Positions 1 to 9,358 of a stretch of DNA of 64,000 nucleotides are shown piece by piece. Every line of letters begins with the position of its first letter. The first letter of the stretch is position 1. A program made the position numbers and the translations under genes. The notes beneath the pieces were generated by a model. The model had not been told where the DNA came from and did not search any database. It saw only the letters and a list, made by a program, of their open reading frames with translations. Location: positions 5,904 through 69,903 of the forward strand of contig CAMCCH010000001.1 in NCBI GenBank assembly GCA_945873335.1, read 5' to 3'. Source of the DNA: Bifidobacterium breve (lineage in GTDB: Bacteria > Actinomycetota > Actinomycetes > Nanopelagicales > Nanopelagicaceae).

Positions 1-1167
1 TTTTTGGAAGCAGCCCGCCAAATTCGCCAAGAAGTAGGTCGAGACAATGTTTTTTATCTCCACGTTTCCCTTGTTCCATATATCGGTCCATCGGGAGAGC
101 TAAAAACTAAACCAACTCAGCACAGTGTTGCAGCCCTTCGAAGTATCGGTATTGCACCGGATGCAATTGTTCTACGTTCAGATAGACCGATTCCAGATAA
201 TGTGAAGAAAAAGATTTCGCTGATGTGCGACGTTGATGCAGAAGCGGTAGTTGCGGCAGTTGATGCACCATCAATTTATGACATACCTAAGGTTCTCTAC
301 TCTGAAGGTTTAGATTCATATGTCGTAAAGCGCTTATCGCTGCAATGTCACGATGTTGAATGGGGCGAATGGGATGCACTTCTTGAAAAAGTGCATCATC
401 CGAAACATATTGTAAAAGTTGGCTTAGTTGGCAAGTACATTGATTTACCAGATGCGTATCTCTCAGTTGGTGAAGCACTTCGCGCCGGAGGTTTTGCAAA
501 TAATGCGCGAGTTGAAATCAAGTGGATTCCAAGTGATGACTGCGCAACTCCTGAAGGTGCAAAGAGCAATCTCTCCGATGTGGATGCGATCTGTGTTCCA
601 GGTGGTTTTGGAATTAGAGGAATCGAAGGAAAAGTCGGTGCACTCAAATTTGCACGTGAAAATAATATTCCAACTCTCGGTCTGTGCTTAGGCCTGCAGT
701 GCATGGTGATTGAGGCGGCTCGTAATCTCGCTGGAATCAAGGATGCAAACTCAGCCGAATTTTCGCCAGATTCGGGCACTCCAGTCATTGCAACAATGCA
801 AGATCAAAAGAAGATTATTGCCGGAGAAGCAGATATGGGCGGAACAATGCGCCTTGGTCTATACAAGTCAGATTTAGTTCCAGGCTCTGTAGTTGCGCAA
901 ATATATGCTTCAACAGAGATATCTGAACGTCACAGACATCGTTATGAGGTCAACAACAAGTACAGAGATCAGATAAGTGATGCAGGATTAGTCTTCTCTG
1001 GTTTCTATAAAGAGTTAGACCTCGTAGAGTTTGTTGAATTACCTGCCAGTGTTCATCCATTTTCTGTTGGAACGCAGGCACATCCAGAGTTACGTTCACG
1101 CCCAACCAAGCCCCATCCATTATTTGTCGGGTTGATCAAAGCGGCGGTTGCTCGTAAGAATAAGTAG
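1..1167 (+). CDS. pyrG: CTP synthase (5'-truncated by window edge)
   Basis: [11 protein letters not shown] synthase motif; glutaminase motifs [25 protein letters not shown]. Confidence 0.97.
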   Translation, partial: FLEAARQIRQEVGRDNVFYLHVSLVPYIGPSGELKTKPTQHSVAALRSIGIAPDAIVLRSDRPIPDNVKKKISLMCDVDAEAVVAAVDAPSIYDIPKVLYSEGLDSYVVKRLSLQCHDVEWGEWDALLEKVHHPKHIVKVGLVGKYIDLPDAYLSVGEALRAGGFANNARVEIKWIPSDDCATPEGAKSNLSDVDAICVPGGFGIRGIEGKVGALKFARENNIPTLGLCLGLQCMVIEAARNLAGIKDANSAEFSPDSGTPVIATMQDQKKIIAGEADMGGTMRLGLYKSDLVPGSVVAQIYASTEISERHRHRYEVNNKYRDQISDAGLVFSGFYKELDLVEFVELPASVHPFSVGTQAHPELRSRPTKPHPLFVGLIKAAVARKNK

Positions 1168-1178
1168 AACAGCGCGCG

Positions 1179-2093
1179 ATGAATCTGGAACTTGCTAAGC
1201 AATCTTTTCTCGATCATCTGCGGATCGAACGAGGATTATCGACAAATACACTAGTTTCTTATCAGAGAGATTTAGAACTTTTCTCCACTTTTGTCAAAGA
1301 GAAGGGAGTGAAATTCGTAGATATTGATTCTGCTTTTGTTGAAGCATTTCACATCGAGATTCGCAAAGATTTAGCATCATCGAGTACGAACAGAGTTGAA
1401 TCAGCACTTCGAACTTTTTACAAATATGTTCTTGCAGAGTTTGGCCTTCCTAATCCAACTCTGAACTTAGAGACTATGAAGATTCCGAGGAAATTACCGA
1501 AGGCTCTAAGTATCGATCAAATAATTTCGATGATTGAAGCAGCTGATCGGCCAGGCATTTCAACATCACTTCGAGATCGCGCTCTTTTGGAACTTCTCTA
1601 TGGAACTGGCGCTCGGGTAAGTGAATTGATTGGAATCAATGTGTTAGATATTTCCTCAACATCAAATGATTCTGGAGAAATAGCTACCGTAAAATTACGC
1701 GGTAAGGGTGGCAAAGAAAGAATCGTTCCACTTGGCTCCTTCGCCACAAAAGCACTCCTCGACTATCAAGTACGAGTTCGTCCGACCCTCATAGTCAAGC
1801 AAAAGAAGGCTGACAGCGCTCTATTTCTCAATACTCGTGGGACTCGATTATCGCGTCAAAGTGCCTGGCAAATTGTTTTAGATGCCGCAACATCAGTTGG
1901 TTTGCAAGAAAAAGTATCACCCCATGTCTTTCGCCATTCATATGCAACTCATCTTTTAGATGGAGGCGCTGATATTCGGGTTGTACAAGAGTTATTGGGG
2001 CACGCCTCAGTTACAACAACGCAGATATATACCTTGGTAACGATAGACAAGATTCGCGAAAGTTATCGTTCAGCGCACCCACGTGCACAATAG
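1179..2093 (+). CDS. xerD: Tyrosine recombinase XerD
   Basis: TGARVSEL, HVFRHSYATH, LLGH..TTQIY catalytic motifs; usual actinobacterial position after pyrG. Confidence 0.92.
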   Translation: MNLELAKQSFLDHLRIERGLSTNTLVSYQRDLELFSTFVKEKGVKFVDIDSAFVEAFHIEIRKDLASSSTNRVESALRTFYKYVLAEFGLPNPTLNLETMKIPRKLPKALSIDQIISMIEAADRPGISTSLRDRALLELLYGTGARVSELIGINVLDISSTSNDSGEIATVKLRGKGGKERIVPLGSFATKALLDYQVRVRPTLIVKQKKADSALFLNTRGTRLSRQSAWQIVLDAATSVGLQEKVSPHVFRHSYATHLLDGGADIRVVQELLGHASVTTTQIYTLVTIDKIRESYRSAHPRAQ

Positions 2094-2096
2094 TTT

Positions 2097-2510
2097 TTAT
2101 AGACCTCGAAGGCGTCGAGCCAAGATTGATTGATCGCCCTTAGCTTCCAAATCTGCAATTATCACTGCGATTGATTCGCGAACAATTCGTCCGCGATCTG
2201 CCGCGAGTCCTAGATCTCCACGAAGTTGTAGACGTGCTTGATCTAGATCGTAGAGTTCGTCGGGAGATAGGTAGACAGTAATTTTCTCATCATGGCGTTC
2301 GCGACCAGATGGTGAACGATCAACAGTGGTTACTCGACGTCGCGCAATAGAGCGAACACCCTTTTTCGATGATGGTGCTTTAGGTGTAGCAATCGCTGGA
2401 GCAACAAGTGGCGCAGCGACTGTCTCGTTTGCAGCAGGAACAGAAGATAGTGCGGGCGCTGTTGAACGAAAAAGTTCGTCAGCTCCTGGCAAATTCGCTC
2501 TACGTGTCAT
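2097..2510 (-). CDS. Conserved actinobacterial ParA-partner protein, predicted C-terminal ribbon-helix-helix-like DNA-binding domain
   Basis: 4-nt overlap with the parA-like stop; Arg-rich N-terminus, Ala/Pro-rich linker, then EKITVYLS strand plus two predicted helices. Confidence 0.65.
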   Translation of the reverse strand: MTRRANLPGADELFRSTAPALSSVPAANETVAAPLVAPAIATPKAPSSKKGVRSIARRRVTTVDRSPSGRERHDEKITVYLSPDELYDLDQARLQLRGDLGLAADRGRIVRESIAVIIADLEAKGDQSILARRLRGL

Positions 2511-3391
2511 CGTGCGCCTCCCTTGGCAATAAGTTCGCGAGCAAGTCGACGATACGAAGCTGCACCACCAGATGATGATGCATAACTTGTAATCGGCTCA
2601 CCTACAACAGTTGTCTCTGCAAAACGAATAGTTTTGGCAATGATTGTTTCGAAAACATCTTCAGGAAATTGCTCAAGGATTCGCTCTAGAACCTGGCGAT
2701 TATGGGAAGTCTTCTTGTCATACATTGTTGCCAGAATTCCAATGAGTCTGAGTTCAGGGTTGAGGAAGCTCTTCACCTTATCTAAATTTCCTTTGAGTTC
2801 GATAAAACCATGTAGTGCAAAGTATTCACATTGCATTGGAACAATGACTTCATCGGATGCAACGAGTGCGTTGATAGTGAGTTGCCCCATTGTTGGCTGG
2901 CAATCAATCAAGATAACGTCGTAATAATCTCGCAACGAATTCAGAGCGCGCTTGAGATATTGCTGTCCACCGATTTCAGCGCCAAGTGTTGTTTCTGCAG
3001 TTCCAAGGTCACGGTTGGCCGGTAAGAAGTCCAAACCAGGAACGGCAGTCTTGAGAACAATCTCATCGATATTTGCAGTCGGCGTCATCAAGGCGTAATA
3101 AACAGTTTGTTCCAATGGAAGAGAGTGCGCGTTCACGCCCAGACCGAGTGAGAGACCACCTTGGGGATCGAAATCGACCAACAGAACACGTCGCCCGAGT
3201 TCTGCAAGGCTTGCACCAAGATTGATTGTCGTCGTTGTCTTACCAACGCCGCCCTTTTGATTGAAGATAGAGATTACTTTCGCTCGCCCATGCTCAGTCA
3301 ACGGGGCAGGAGTGGCGAATGCCTTCGCTTTTTTGCCTAGAAGAGTGGCAGTTGTTGCAACATCGTTCTCATTTGTCGATTTAGCGTTCAA
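2507..3391 (-). CDS. ParA/Soj-family ATPase (Rv1708/PldP-like orphan ParA)
   Basis: NQKGGVGKTT deviant Walker A, VDFDPQG, ILIDCQP; start placed at TTG 3391 after SD-like GAAAGAGG. Confidence 0.9.
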   Translation of the reverse strand: MNAKSTNENDVATTATLLGKKAKAFATPAPLTEHGRAKVISIFNQKGGVGKTTTTINLGASLAELGRRVLLVDFDPQGGLSLGLGVNAHSLPLEQTVYYALMTPTANIDEIVLKTAVPGLDFLPANRDLGTAETTLGAEIGGQQYLKRALNSLRDYYDVILIDCQPTMGQLTINALVASDEVIVPMQCEYFALHGFIELKGNLDKVKSFLNPELRLIGILATMYDKKTSHNRQVLERILEQFPEDVFETIIAKTIRFAETTVVGEPITSYASSSGGAASYRRLARELIAKGGAR

Positions 3392-3472
3392 GCGAGAAAC
3401 CTCTTTCTTTCTAATGCGCCCGAGCCTACGCATTACACAGAGTTCGGGCAAGTGTGAAGTAAGGTTCGCCTC

Positions 3473-4360
3473 GTGGATACGACAATGGATGAGAATGCGA
3501 TAGATAGCGCCTCGGCGCCATTCTCGGTTCACCTCACAAATTTTGATGGGCCTTTTGACCTTCTCCTGCAATTGATTTCGCGCCACAAGATGGAGATCAC
3601 CGAGATCGCCCTGAGCGCGGTAACGGATGAGTTCATCTCATTTATTAGAGCCCTTGAGCTCTCGGGAGAAGGATGGCGCCTCGATCAAGCCACTGAATTT
3701 CTAGTTGTAGCGGCAACCCTGCTCGATCTCAAAGCGGCGAGACTTTTGCCAAGTGGTGAGGTTGAGGATGAGGAAGATCTAGCCTTGCTCGAGGCTCGCG
3801 ACCTCCTCTTCGCCCGCCTGTTGCAGTATCGAGCATTCAAAGAGATCGCCTCGACATTCAATGAACGAATCCTCCTAGCTGATAAATCCTTTGCTCGTGT
3901 GGTCGCCCTACATCCAGCCCTGGCCACCCTCCTTCCTGAGGTGCTTATAGGGGTCGGCGCTCAGCGCTTTGCCGCTATAGCCGAGCGTGTGCTCACGCCT
4001 AAGGTTGCACCCATCGTCGCCCTCGAACACCTGCATATGCCCCTTGTGAGCGTGGCTGAGGAGTCAAAGTTGGTTGTGGAGGCACTTCGACGCTCAAAGA
4101 GTATGAGCTTTCGAAGCCTTATCTCCGATGCCTCCAGCACGCTAGTTGTCGTGGCCCGCTTCTTGGCTCTGCTAGACCTTTATCGCCTGGGAGCGCTGCG
4201 CTTCGATCAGGTTGTTGCCTTAGGCGAACTTCAGATTCGATGGACTGGCTCGGAATCGGGTGAGGTCGAGATTACTGATGAATTTGATATTCCTGTAGAT
4301 ATGAGCCTCCTCGATGGAGAGCCAGTTGTGGATGAGAGCAAGGGGAGTGAAGATGTCTAA
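3473..4360 (+). CDS. scpA: Segregation/condensation protein A
   Basis: FDGPFDLLLQLI motif, ARFLALLDLY; TAAGGT -10 element 7 nt before GTG (alternative start ATG 3485). Confidence 0.93.
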   Translation: MDTTMDENAIDSASAPFSVHLTNFDGPFDLLLQLISRHKMEITEIALSAVTDEFISFIRALELSGEGWRLDQATEFLVVAATLLDLKAARLLPSGEVEDEEDLALLEARDLLFARLLQYRAFKEIASTFNERILLADKSFARVVALHPALATLLPEVLIGVGAQRFAAIAERVLTPKVAPIVALEHLHMPLVSVAEESKLVVEALRRSKSMSFRSLISDASSTLVVVARFLALLDLYRLGALRFDQVVALGELQIRWTGSESGEVEITDEFDIPVDMSLLDGEPVVDESKGSEDV

Positions 4361-4904
4361 TCCTGAGGTTGAGCGTTCGATTGAGGCGATTTTGATGGTC
4401 GTAGATGAGCCTGTTAGCGAAGTTATTCTCGCTCAAGTCTTGGAGAAACCGGTCGAGGAGATTGAATCTGCACTTCTCGCCCTAGAAGCGAGCTATGACG
4501 AGCGTGGATTTGCGCTCAAGAAGATTTCTGGAGGATGGCGCTTCTACAGCGACCCACAATATTCGGCCGTAGTAGAAAAATTCGTACTCGATGGACAGCA
4601 ATCCAGGCTCACACAGGCTGCCCTAGAGACCTTGGCCGTCATCGCGTACCGCCAGCCAGTTTCGCGAGCGCGAACATCGGCTATCCGAGGCGTGAATGTT
4701 GAAGCGGTTATGAAGACTTTGGTTACGCGTGGATTGGTCGAGGAGTCCGGAGTTGAGCACGAAACGGGAGCGATCCTCTACAAGACGACCACCTTCTTTC
4801 TTGAACGTTTAGGCTTGAATTCACTCGAGGATCTTCCAGCCTTGGCTCCTTATCTGCCAAACCTGGATGCCCTCGACGAAGTGCTCGATTCGCTTACTGA
4901 CTAA
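4353..4904 (+). CDS. scpB: SMC-Scp complex subunit ScpB
   Basis: IEAILM, LTQAALETLAVIAYRQP, IRGV, FLERLGL..L.DLP; AGGGGAG SD before ATG 4353. Confidence 0.93.
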   Translation: MSNPEVERSIEAILMVVDEPVSEVILAQVLEKPVEEIESALLALEASYDERGFALKKISGGWRFYSDPQYSAVVEKFVLDGQQSRLTQAALETLAVIAYRQPVSRARTSAIRGVNVEAVMKTLVTRGLVEESGVEHETGAILYKTTTFFLERLGLNSLEDLPALAPYLPNLDALDEVLDSLTD

Positions 4905-4941
4905 GCATCTTCTAGACTCTCCCTTCACTTGACTGTCGGGA

Positions 4942-5667
4942 ATGGATAGCCACATGGCCGAAATGCGCCTCAATAAAATAATCGCTGACGCTGGAATCAC
5001 GAGTCGTCGCGGAGCAGATGAACTGATCTCAGATGGTCGAGTAACCGTCGATGGATATGTCGTACGCGAGCTTGGTAAGAAGGTAGATCCTGAAAAGGTT
5101 CAAGTGATGGTTGATGGTGAGACAATTACACGTTCAACAACTAAGACTTATCTTGCACTTCATAAACCTAAGGGTGTTTTGTCAACGATGTATGACCCCG
5201 AAGGCCGTCCCTCATTGAGTGACTTTATAGACCTTCGCCGCGAGCGCTTGTTCCATGTAGGCCGCCTGGATAAGGATTCCGAGGGGCTCATTTTGCTCAC
5301 CAATGATGGGGATTTGACCTTTAGAGCGACCCATCCATCCTTTGGCCTAGAGAAGACCTACATAATCGAATTCGATGGAATTTTGCCTTCAGGGGTCGAA
5401 AAGACTCTTTTGAAGGGGGTAGAGCTAGAAGATGGAATTGGTCGGGTTCTCTCCTTTCGTGAACTCTCACCTCGATGGATTGAAGTCTCTATCCATGAAG
5501 GTCGCTATCACATCATCCGTCGACTGATGGAGGCGGTAGGAGTCGATGTCTTGAGACTGGTGCGAACCAAGTTCGGTCCGATCTCCCTGGGGGATACGAC
5601 TGAAGGACGCTGGCGTGACCTCCATGACGGGGAATTGCTAAATCTCCGTAACGCTTTAGATATGTAA
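4942..5667 (+). CDS. rluB: RsuA/RluB-family rRNA pseudouridine synthase
   Basis: N-terminal S4 domain (RLNKIIADAGITSRR), HVGRLDKDSEGL catalytic motif; start may be ATG 4954. Confidence 0.88.
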   Translation: MDSHMAEMRLNKIIADAGITSRRGADELISDGRVTVDGYVVRELGKKVDPEKVQVMVDGETITRSTTKTYLALHKPKGVLSTMYDPEGRPSLSDFIDLRRERLFHVGRLDKDSEGLILLTNDGDLTFRATHPSFGLEKTYIIEFDGILPSGVEKTLLKGVELEDGIGRVLSFRELSPRWIEVSIHEGRYHIIRRLMEAVGVDVLRLVRTKFGPISLGDTTEGRWRDLHDGELLNLRNALDM

Positions 5668-5688
5668 CCTTAAAACACTTTAAGGTTA
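5665..5688. repeat. Perfect 10-bp inverted repeat at the rluB stop
   Basis: TAACCTTAAA-acac-TTTAAGGTTA. Confidence 0.8.
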
Positions 5689-5702
5689 ATACCTAAAATA
5701 CC

Positions 5703-5877
5703 GTTATATCGATAAATAGTTATTCGCGATTCTCATAAACGATTTATCGATATTATGCACGCTTGACGGTGCCTCGCAATAACTATATGTCGATATTGAT
5801 GCTTCGATGATGATCACTGCGAAATAGTTCGCTCATTATCGAGTTTGTAGTAAAAAGGTTATATCTATAAATAGCTA
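5703..5877. repeat. Array of 16-bp motif ATATCGATAAATAGTT in an AT-rich intergenic island
   Basis: Copies at 5706-5721 (+, reference), 5738-5753 (-, 15/16), 5781-5796 (-, 14/16), 5861-5876 (+, 14/16), degenerate 5814-5829 (+, 10/16). Confidence 0.75.
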
Positions 5878-5938
5878 AATTACTTAGACATTATTCTATT
5901 CGTCATCGAATTTTTGCTATTCCCAGTACCATTAGCTC

Positions 5939-6301
5939 ATGCCTACACGTGCCATCAGGGGAGCGATTCAAATCGCCGCCGATACCGAAAGTGATATCAA
6001 TTCGGGTGTGGCCCAGCTTTTGAAGGCGATCATGGATGCAAACAAGCTTGAGCTCGATTCGATTATCTCTGTCCTGCTCACCTCAACCCCTGATCTCAGC
6101 GCAGCATTTCCAGCGGCAGGGGCTCGCGCCCTTGGATTTACGGAGATTCCACTGATGTGCGCAGCCGAAATAGATGTCAAAGGCGCTCTTGAGCGTGTAA
6201 TTCGAGTGATGCTCCACGTTGAAAGTGAGCTAAAAGCGAGCGAAATTTCTCATATTTATTTAGGTGGAGCCCAGGCTCTTCGCCGCGATATAGCCCAATA
6301 A
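5939..6301 (+). CDS. aroH: Chorismate mutase, AroH class
   Basis: RAIRGAI, TPDL.AAFPA, PLMCAAEIDV.G.L.RVIR, HIYLGGA..LRRD. Confidence 0.92.
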   Translation: MPTRAIRGAIQIAADTESDINSGVAQLLKAIMDANKLELDSIISVLLTSTPDLSAAFPAAGARALGFTEIPLMCAAEIDVKGALERVIRVMLHVESELKASEISHIYLGGAQALRRDIAQ

Positions 6302-6311
6302 TCGAGCGCTC

Positions 6312-7379
6312 ATGTCATCATTTACTGGAGTTCGAATCGTCGGTTCTGGCCTGATTGGAACATCTATTGCATTAGCCCTTGCGAAGAACTCGATTCGAGT
6401 TGATTTAGTCGATAGTGATGCCCGAAGCGAAAATTTGGCTAATGACCTAGCTATGGGGGAGAAAGTCGTAGATCCAGAACTCGTCATCTTCTCTTTGCCC
6501 ACCCAGCACCTACCCATGGTCATAGACCGCGAATATGCACTAAACCCTAAGTCAACATTTATAGATATTGGTAGCGTTAAGACCAATCCTTTACGGATTG
6601 TTTCGACTTCGAAGCTCCCATTGGCTCAATTCGTAGCCACACACCCCATGGCAGGGCGTGAGATCGGGGGTCCTGAGTCGGCGCGTGGTGACCTCTTCGA
6701 GGGGCGTACTTGGGTTTTGAGCCCGCAAGGCAGTGCAACTGAATCGATAGGGCGTGCGAGAAAACTGATCGAGCTTTTAGGGGCAACGCCCATTGAGATG
6801 GATTCCCTAGAACATGACAAAGCGGTCGCTGCCATTTCTCACCTGCCTCAAATCCTCTCCTCGCTTTTGGCTAAACAGCTCCAGGATTTTCCGGATGAAT
6901 GGTTGGCCTTGGCTGGTCAGGGGCTTCGGGACACGGTTCGCATAGCGGGCTCTGATCCAAAGCTTTGGCAAGAAATTATTTCTATGAATCGTGAGAAAAT
7001 TTCACCCGTTTTACACGCTCTCATTGATGACCTTCAATCATTTGAAAAACTATTGAATAGCGATGGCGATAATTCATCAGCGATTGGCGCTTTGATTGAA
7101 GAGGGTCGTGTTGGTCGAGCAAAGATTCCTGGCAAACATGGAGGCAAAGCTCGCAATTATTCATACTTACCGATTGTGATTCCTGATGCTCCTGGAAATC
7201 TTGCTGCAATATTTAATATTTGTGCGCAGATTGATGTCAACGTTGAAGATCTTTCAATAGAGCATTCACCTGGACAACTCACTGGTCTGATTACATTAGG
7301 ACTCTCAGAACAAGGTGCAGAGAAACTATCAGAGCATTTGATTACTAAAGGATGGAATGTCCATCCAGTGCGCAAATAG
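6312..7379 (+). CDS. tyrA: Prephenate dehydrogenase with C-terminal ACT domain
   Basis: GSGLIGTS Rossmann motif, DIGSVK, HPMAGRE, HD.AVA.ISHLPQ. Confidence 0.9.
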   Translation: MSSFTGVRIVGSGLIGTSIALALAKNSIRVDLVDSDARSENLANDLAMGEKVVDPELVIFSLPTQHLPMVIDREYALNPKSTFIDIGSVKTNPLRIVSTSKLPLAQFVATHPMAGREIGGPESARGDLFEGRTWVLSPQGSATESIGRARKLIELLGATPIEMDSLEHDKAVAAISHLPQILSSLLAKQLQDFPDEWLALAGQGLRDTVRIAGSDPKLWQEIISMNREKISPVLHALIDDLQSFEKLLNSDGDNSSAIGALIEEGRVGRAKIPGKHGGKARNYSYLPIVIPDAPGNLAAIFNICAQIDVNVEDLSIEHSPGQLTGLITLGLSEQGAEKLSEHLITKGWNVHPVRK

Positions 7380-7395
7380 AGAATAGACTGACCTT

Positions 7396-9357
7396 ATGGC
7401 CATAGTCGTAGCAATAGATGGCCCAAGTGGAGCTGGAAAATCAAGTACATCTCGCGCAATTGCACAGCGAGCGGGTTGGAATTATTTAGATACTGGTGCG
7501 CTCTATCGTGGTGTTACATGGTTAGCTCTGGAGAAAAGCGCTGAAAGCGCGCAAGAAATTCTCAAGGAGTTAGGTCGTGCACCACTTCGCTTTGTAGCAA
7601 ATCCAATATCGCCATCTATTTTTGTTGGTGATACAGATGTAACGCAGCAAATTCGAAGTGATGAAATTACAGATGCAGTTAGTCGAATCAGTGCAATGCC
7701 TGAAATTCGTGCAGAGTTACTCATTATTCAACGGTCCATGATTAATGATGCGCAGCGTGGAATTGTTGTTGAAGGTCGCGACATCGGAACAGTTGTTTTT
7801 CCAAAAGCGCCACTAAAGATTTACTTGACTGCCGATTTAGATGCACGTGCAGATCGCAGAGAGAAAGAATTGCCTATCGATAGAGATGTCGCAGAAGTAG
7901 CGCAATCATTGAGCAATCGCGACCATACAGATTCGACTCGAGCGGTATCTCCATTAGCTCTGGCACCCGATGCCGTAGAAGTAGATTCCACATTGCTCTC
8001 ACTAGAGGAAACTGTTGAGCGCATTTGGGAGATTCTCAAAGAGCGTTCGCTTTTAGGCTTGCCAATCATTGCGATACTCGGAAGGCCGAACGTTGGAAAA
8101 TCGACTCTCATCAATCGTTTTATTGGTCGCCGAGAAGCAATTGTTGAAGATACACCCGGTGTGACTCGCGATCGTGTTCAGTACGAATGCGAATGGGGTG
8201 GTCGTCGATTTATTGTTATGGATACAGGTGGATGGGAATCCAAACCTGATGGAATCTCAGTTCAAGTAAGTGCTGGCGCAGAACTTGCGATGCAAGAGGC
8301 TGATGTATTGGCATTCGTCGTAGATGCACAAGTTGGCGCACTCGATGAAGATGATATTTTGGTTCAAGAGTTACGCAAAGCAAAGAAGCCAACTATTCTC
8401 GTGGCAAACAAAGTAGATGGCGAACGTGAAGAATCTGATGCACATGCACTCTGGAATCTTGGACTCGGCGAACCATTTTTTGTTTCGGCACTTCATGGTC
8501 GGGGCAGTGGAGATTTACTAGATCGCCTTATTGAAGTTTTACCTGAAGTTGGTGGCGCGCAATATAACGATGGCTATCGACGCGTTGCACTCATTGGTCG
8601 CCCTAATGTTGGTAAATCAAGTTTGCTCAACGCACTCGCGGGTGAAAATCGCGCAATCGTTGATGATGTTGCAGGAACAACTCGTGACCCAGTTGATGAA
8701 CTGATTGAATTCGGTGGGTCGATCTGGAGATTTGTCGACACAGCAGGACTTCGCAAACGTGCTAATCAAGCATCGGGAACGGATTATTACGCAACGCTTC
8801 GAACACAAGCAGCGCTGGAGCGATGCGAAGTTGCAGTAGTTGTATTAGATGCATCGATTCCAATATCTGAGCAAGATCTTCGCGTCATCACGATGGTTGA
8901 AGAGGCTGGTAAGGCGATGGTTATTGTGATGAACAAGTGGGACTTAGTCGATGAAGATCGCAGAGATCAACTAGATCGCGAAATCGATAGACACCTCGAT
9001 CAGGTTGAATGGGCCCAGCGAGTCAATGTCGCAGCCAAGACTGGTTGGCACCGAGATCGATTGGCCCCAGCGCTTCGTACCGCACTTGATAGTTGGGAGC
9101 GAAGAGTTCCAACCGCCAAACTCAACTCCTTCCTCGGCGCACTCATTGGAGCGACGCCACCACCTGTACGCGGTGGAAAACAGCCAAAGATTTACTATGC
9201 AACTCAAGCCGGAATCGCTCCGCCAAAATTTGTCGTCTTTTCAAGTGGCTGGATTGAGGCCTCCTATCGCCGCTTTATTGAGCGACGTTTGCGCGAAGAG
9301 TTCGGTTTCCCAGGTACTCCTGTCATGGTTGCGATTCGGGTAAAAGAGCGCGATTAG
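7396..9357 (+). CDS. cmk-der: Fused cytidylate kinase / ribosome biogenesis GTPase Der
   Basis: [26 protein letters not shown] (Cmk) in frame with two GRPNVGKS G-domains and a KH-like tail (Der). Confidence 0.93.
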   Translation: MAIVVAIDGPSGAGKSSTSRAIAQRAGWNYLDTGALYRGVTWLALEKSAESAQEILKELGRAPLRFVANPISPSIFVGDTDVTQQIRSDEITDAVSRISAMPEIRAELLIIQRSMINDAQRGIVVEGRDIGTVVFPKAPLKIYLTADLDARADRREKELPIDRDVAEVAQSLSNRDHTDSTRAVSPLALAPDAVEVDSTLLSLEETVERIWEILKERSLLGLPIIAILGRPNVGKSTLINRFIGRREAIVEDTPGVTRDRVQYECEWGGRRFIVMDTGGWESKPDGISVQVSAGAELAMQEADVLAFVVDAQVGALDEDDILVQELRKAKKPTILVANKVDGEREESDAHALWNLGLGEPFFVSALHGRGSGDLLDRLIEVLPEVGGAQYNDGYRRVALIGRPNVGKSSLLNALAGENRAIVDDVAGTTRDPVDELIEFGGSIWRFVDTAGLRKRANQASGTDYYATLRTQAALERCEVAVVVLDASIPISEQDLRVITMVEEAGKAMVIVMNKWDLVDEDRRDQLDREIDRHLDQVEWAQRVNVAAKTGWHRDRLAPALRTALDSWERRVPTAKLNSFLGALIGATPPPVRGGKQPKIYYATQAGIAPPKFVVFSSGWIEASYRRFIERRLREEFGFPGTPVMVAIRVKERD

Positions 9358-9358
9358 T

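Noticed and set aside
1179-3391. Tyrosine recombinase plus ParA read as an integrated plasmid/prophage or an invertible switch
   Set aside because: The recombinase is XerD in its housekeeping position. No att repeats, phage or conjugation genes, and no inverted repeats were seen at the two ends of the flipped parA pair.
5668-5938. AT-rich repeat island read as oriC, a CRISPR array or a small gene
   Set aside because: No TTATCCACA-type DnaA boxes and dif is 10 kb away. Repeats are short, degenerate, mixed in orientation and irregularly spaced, with no cas genes. No convincing ORF.
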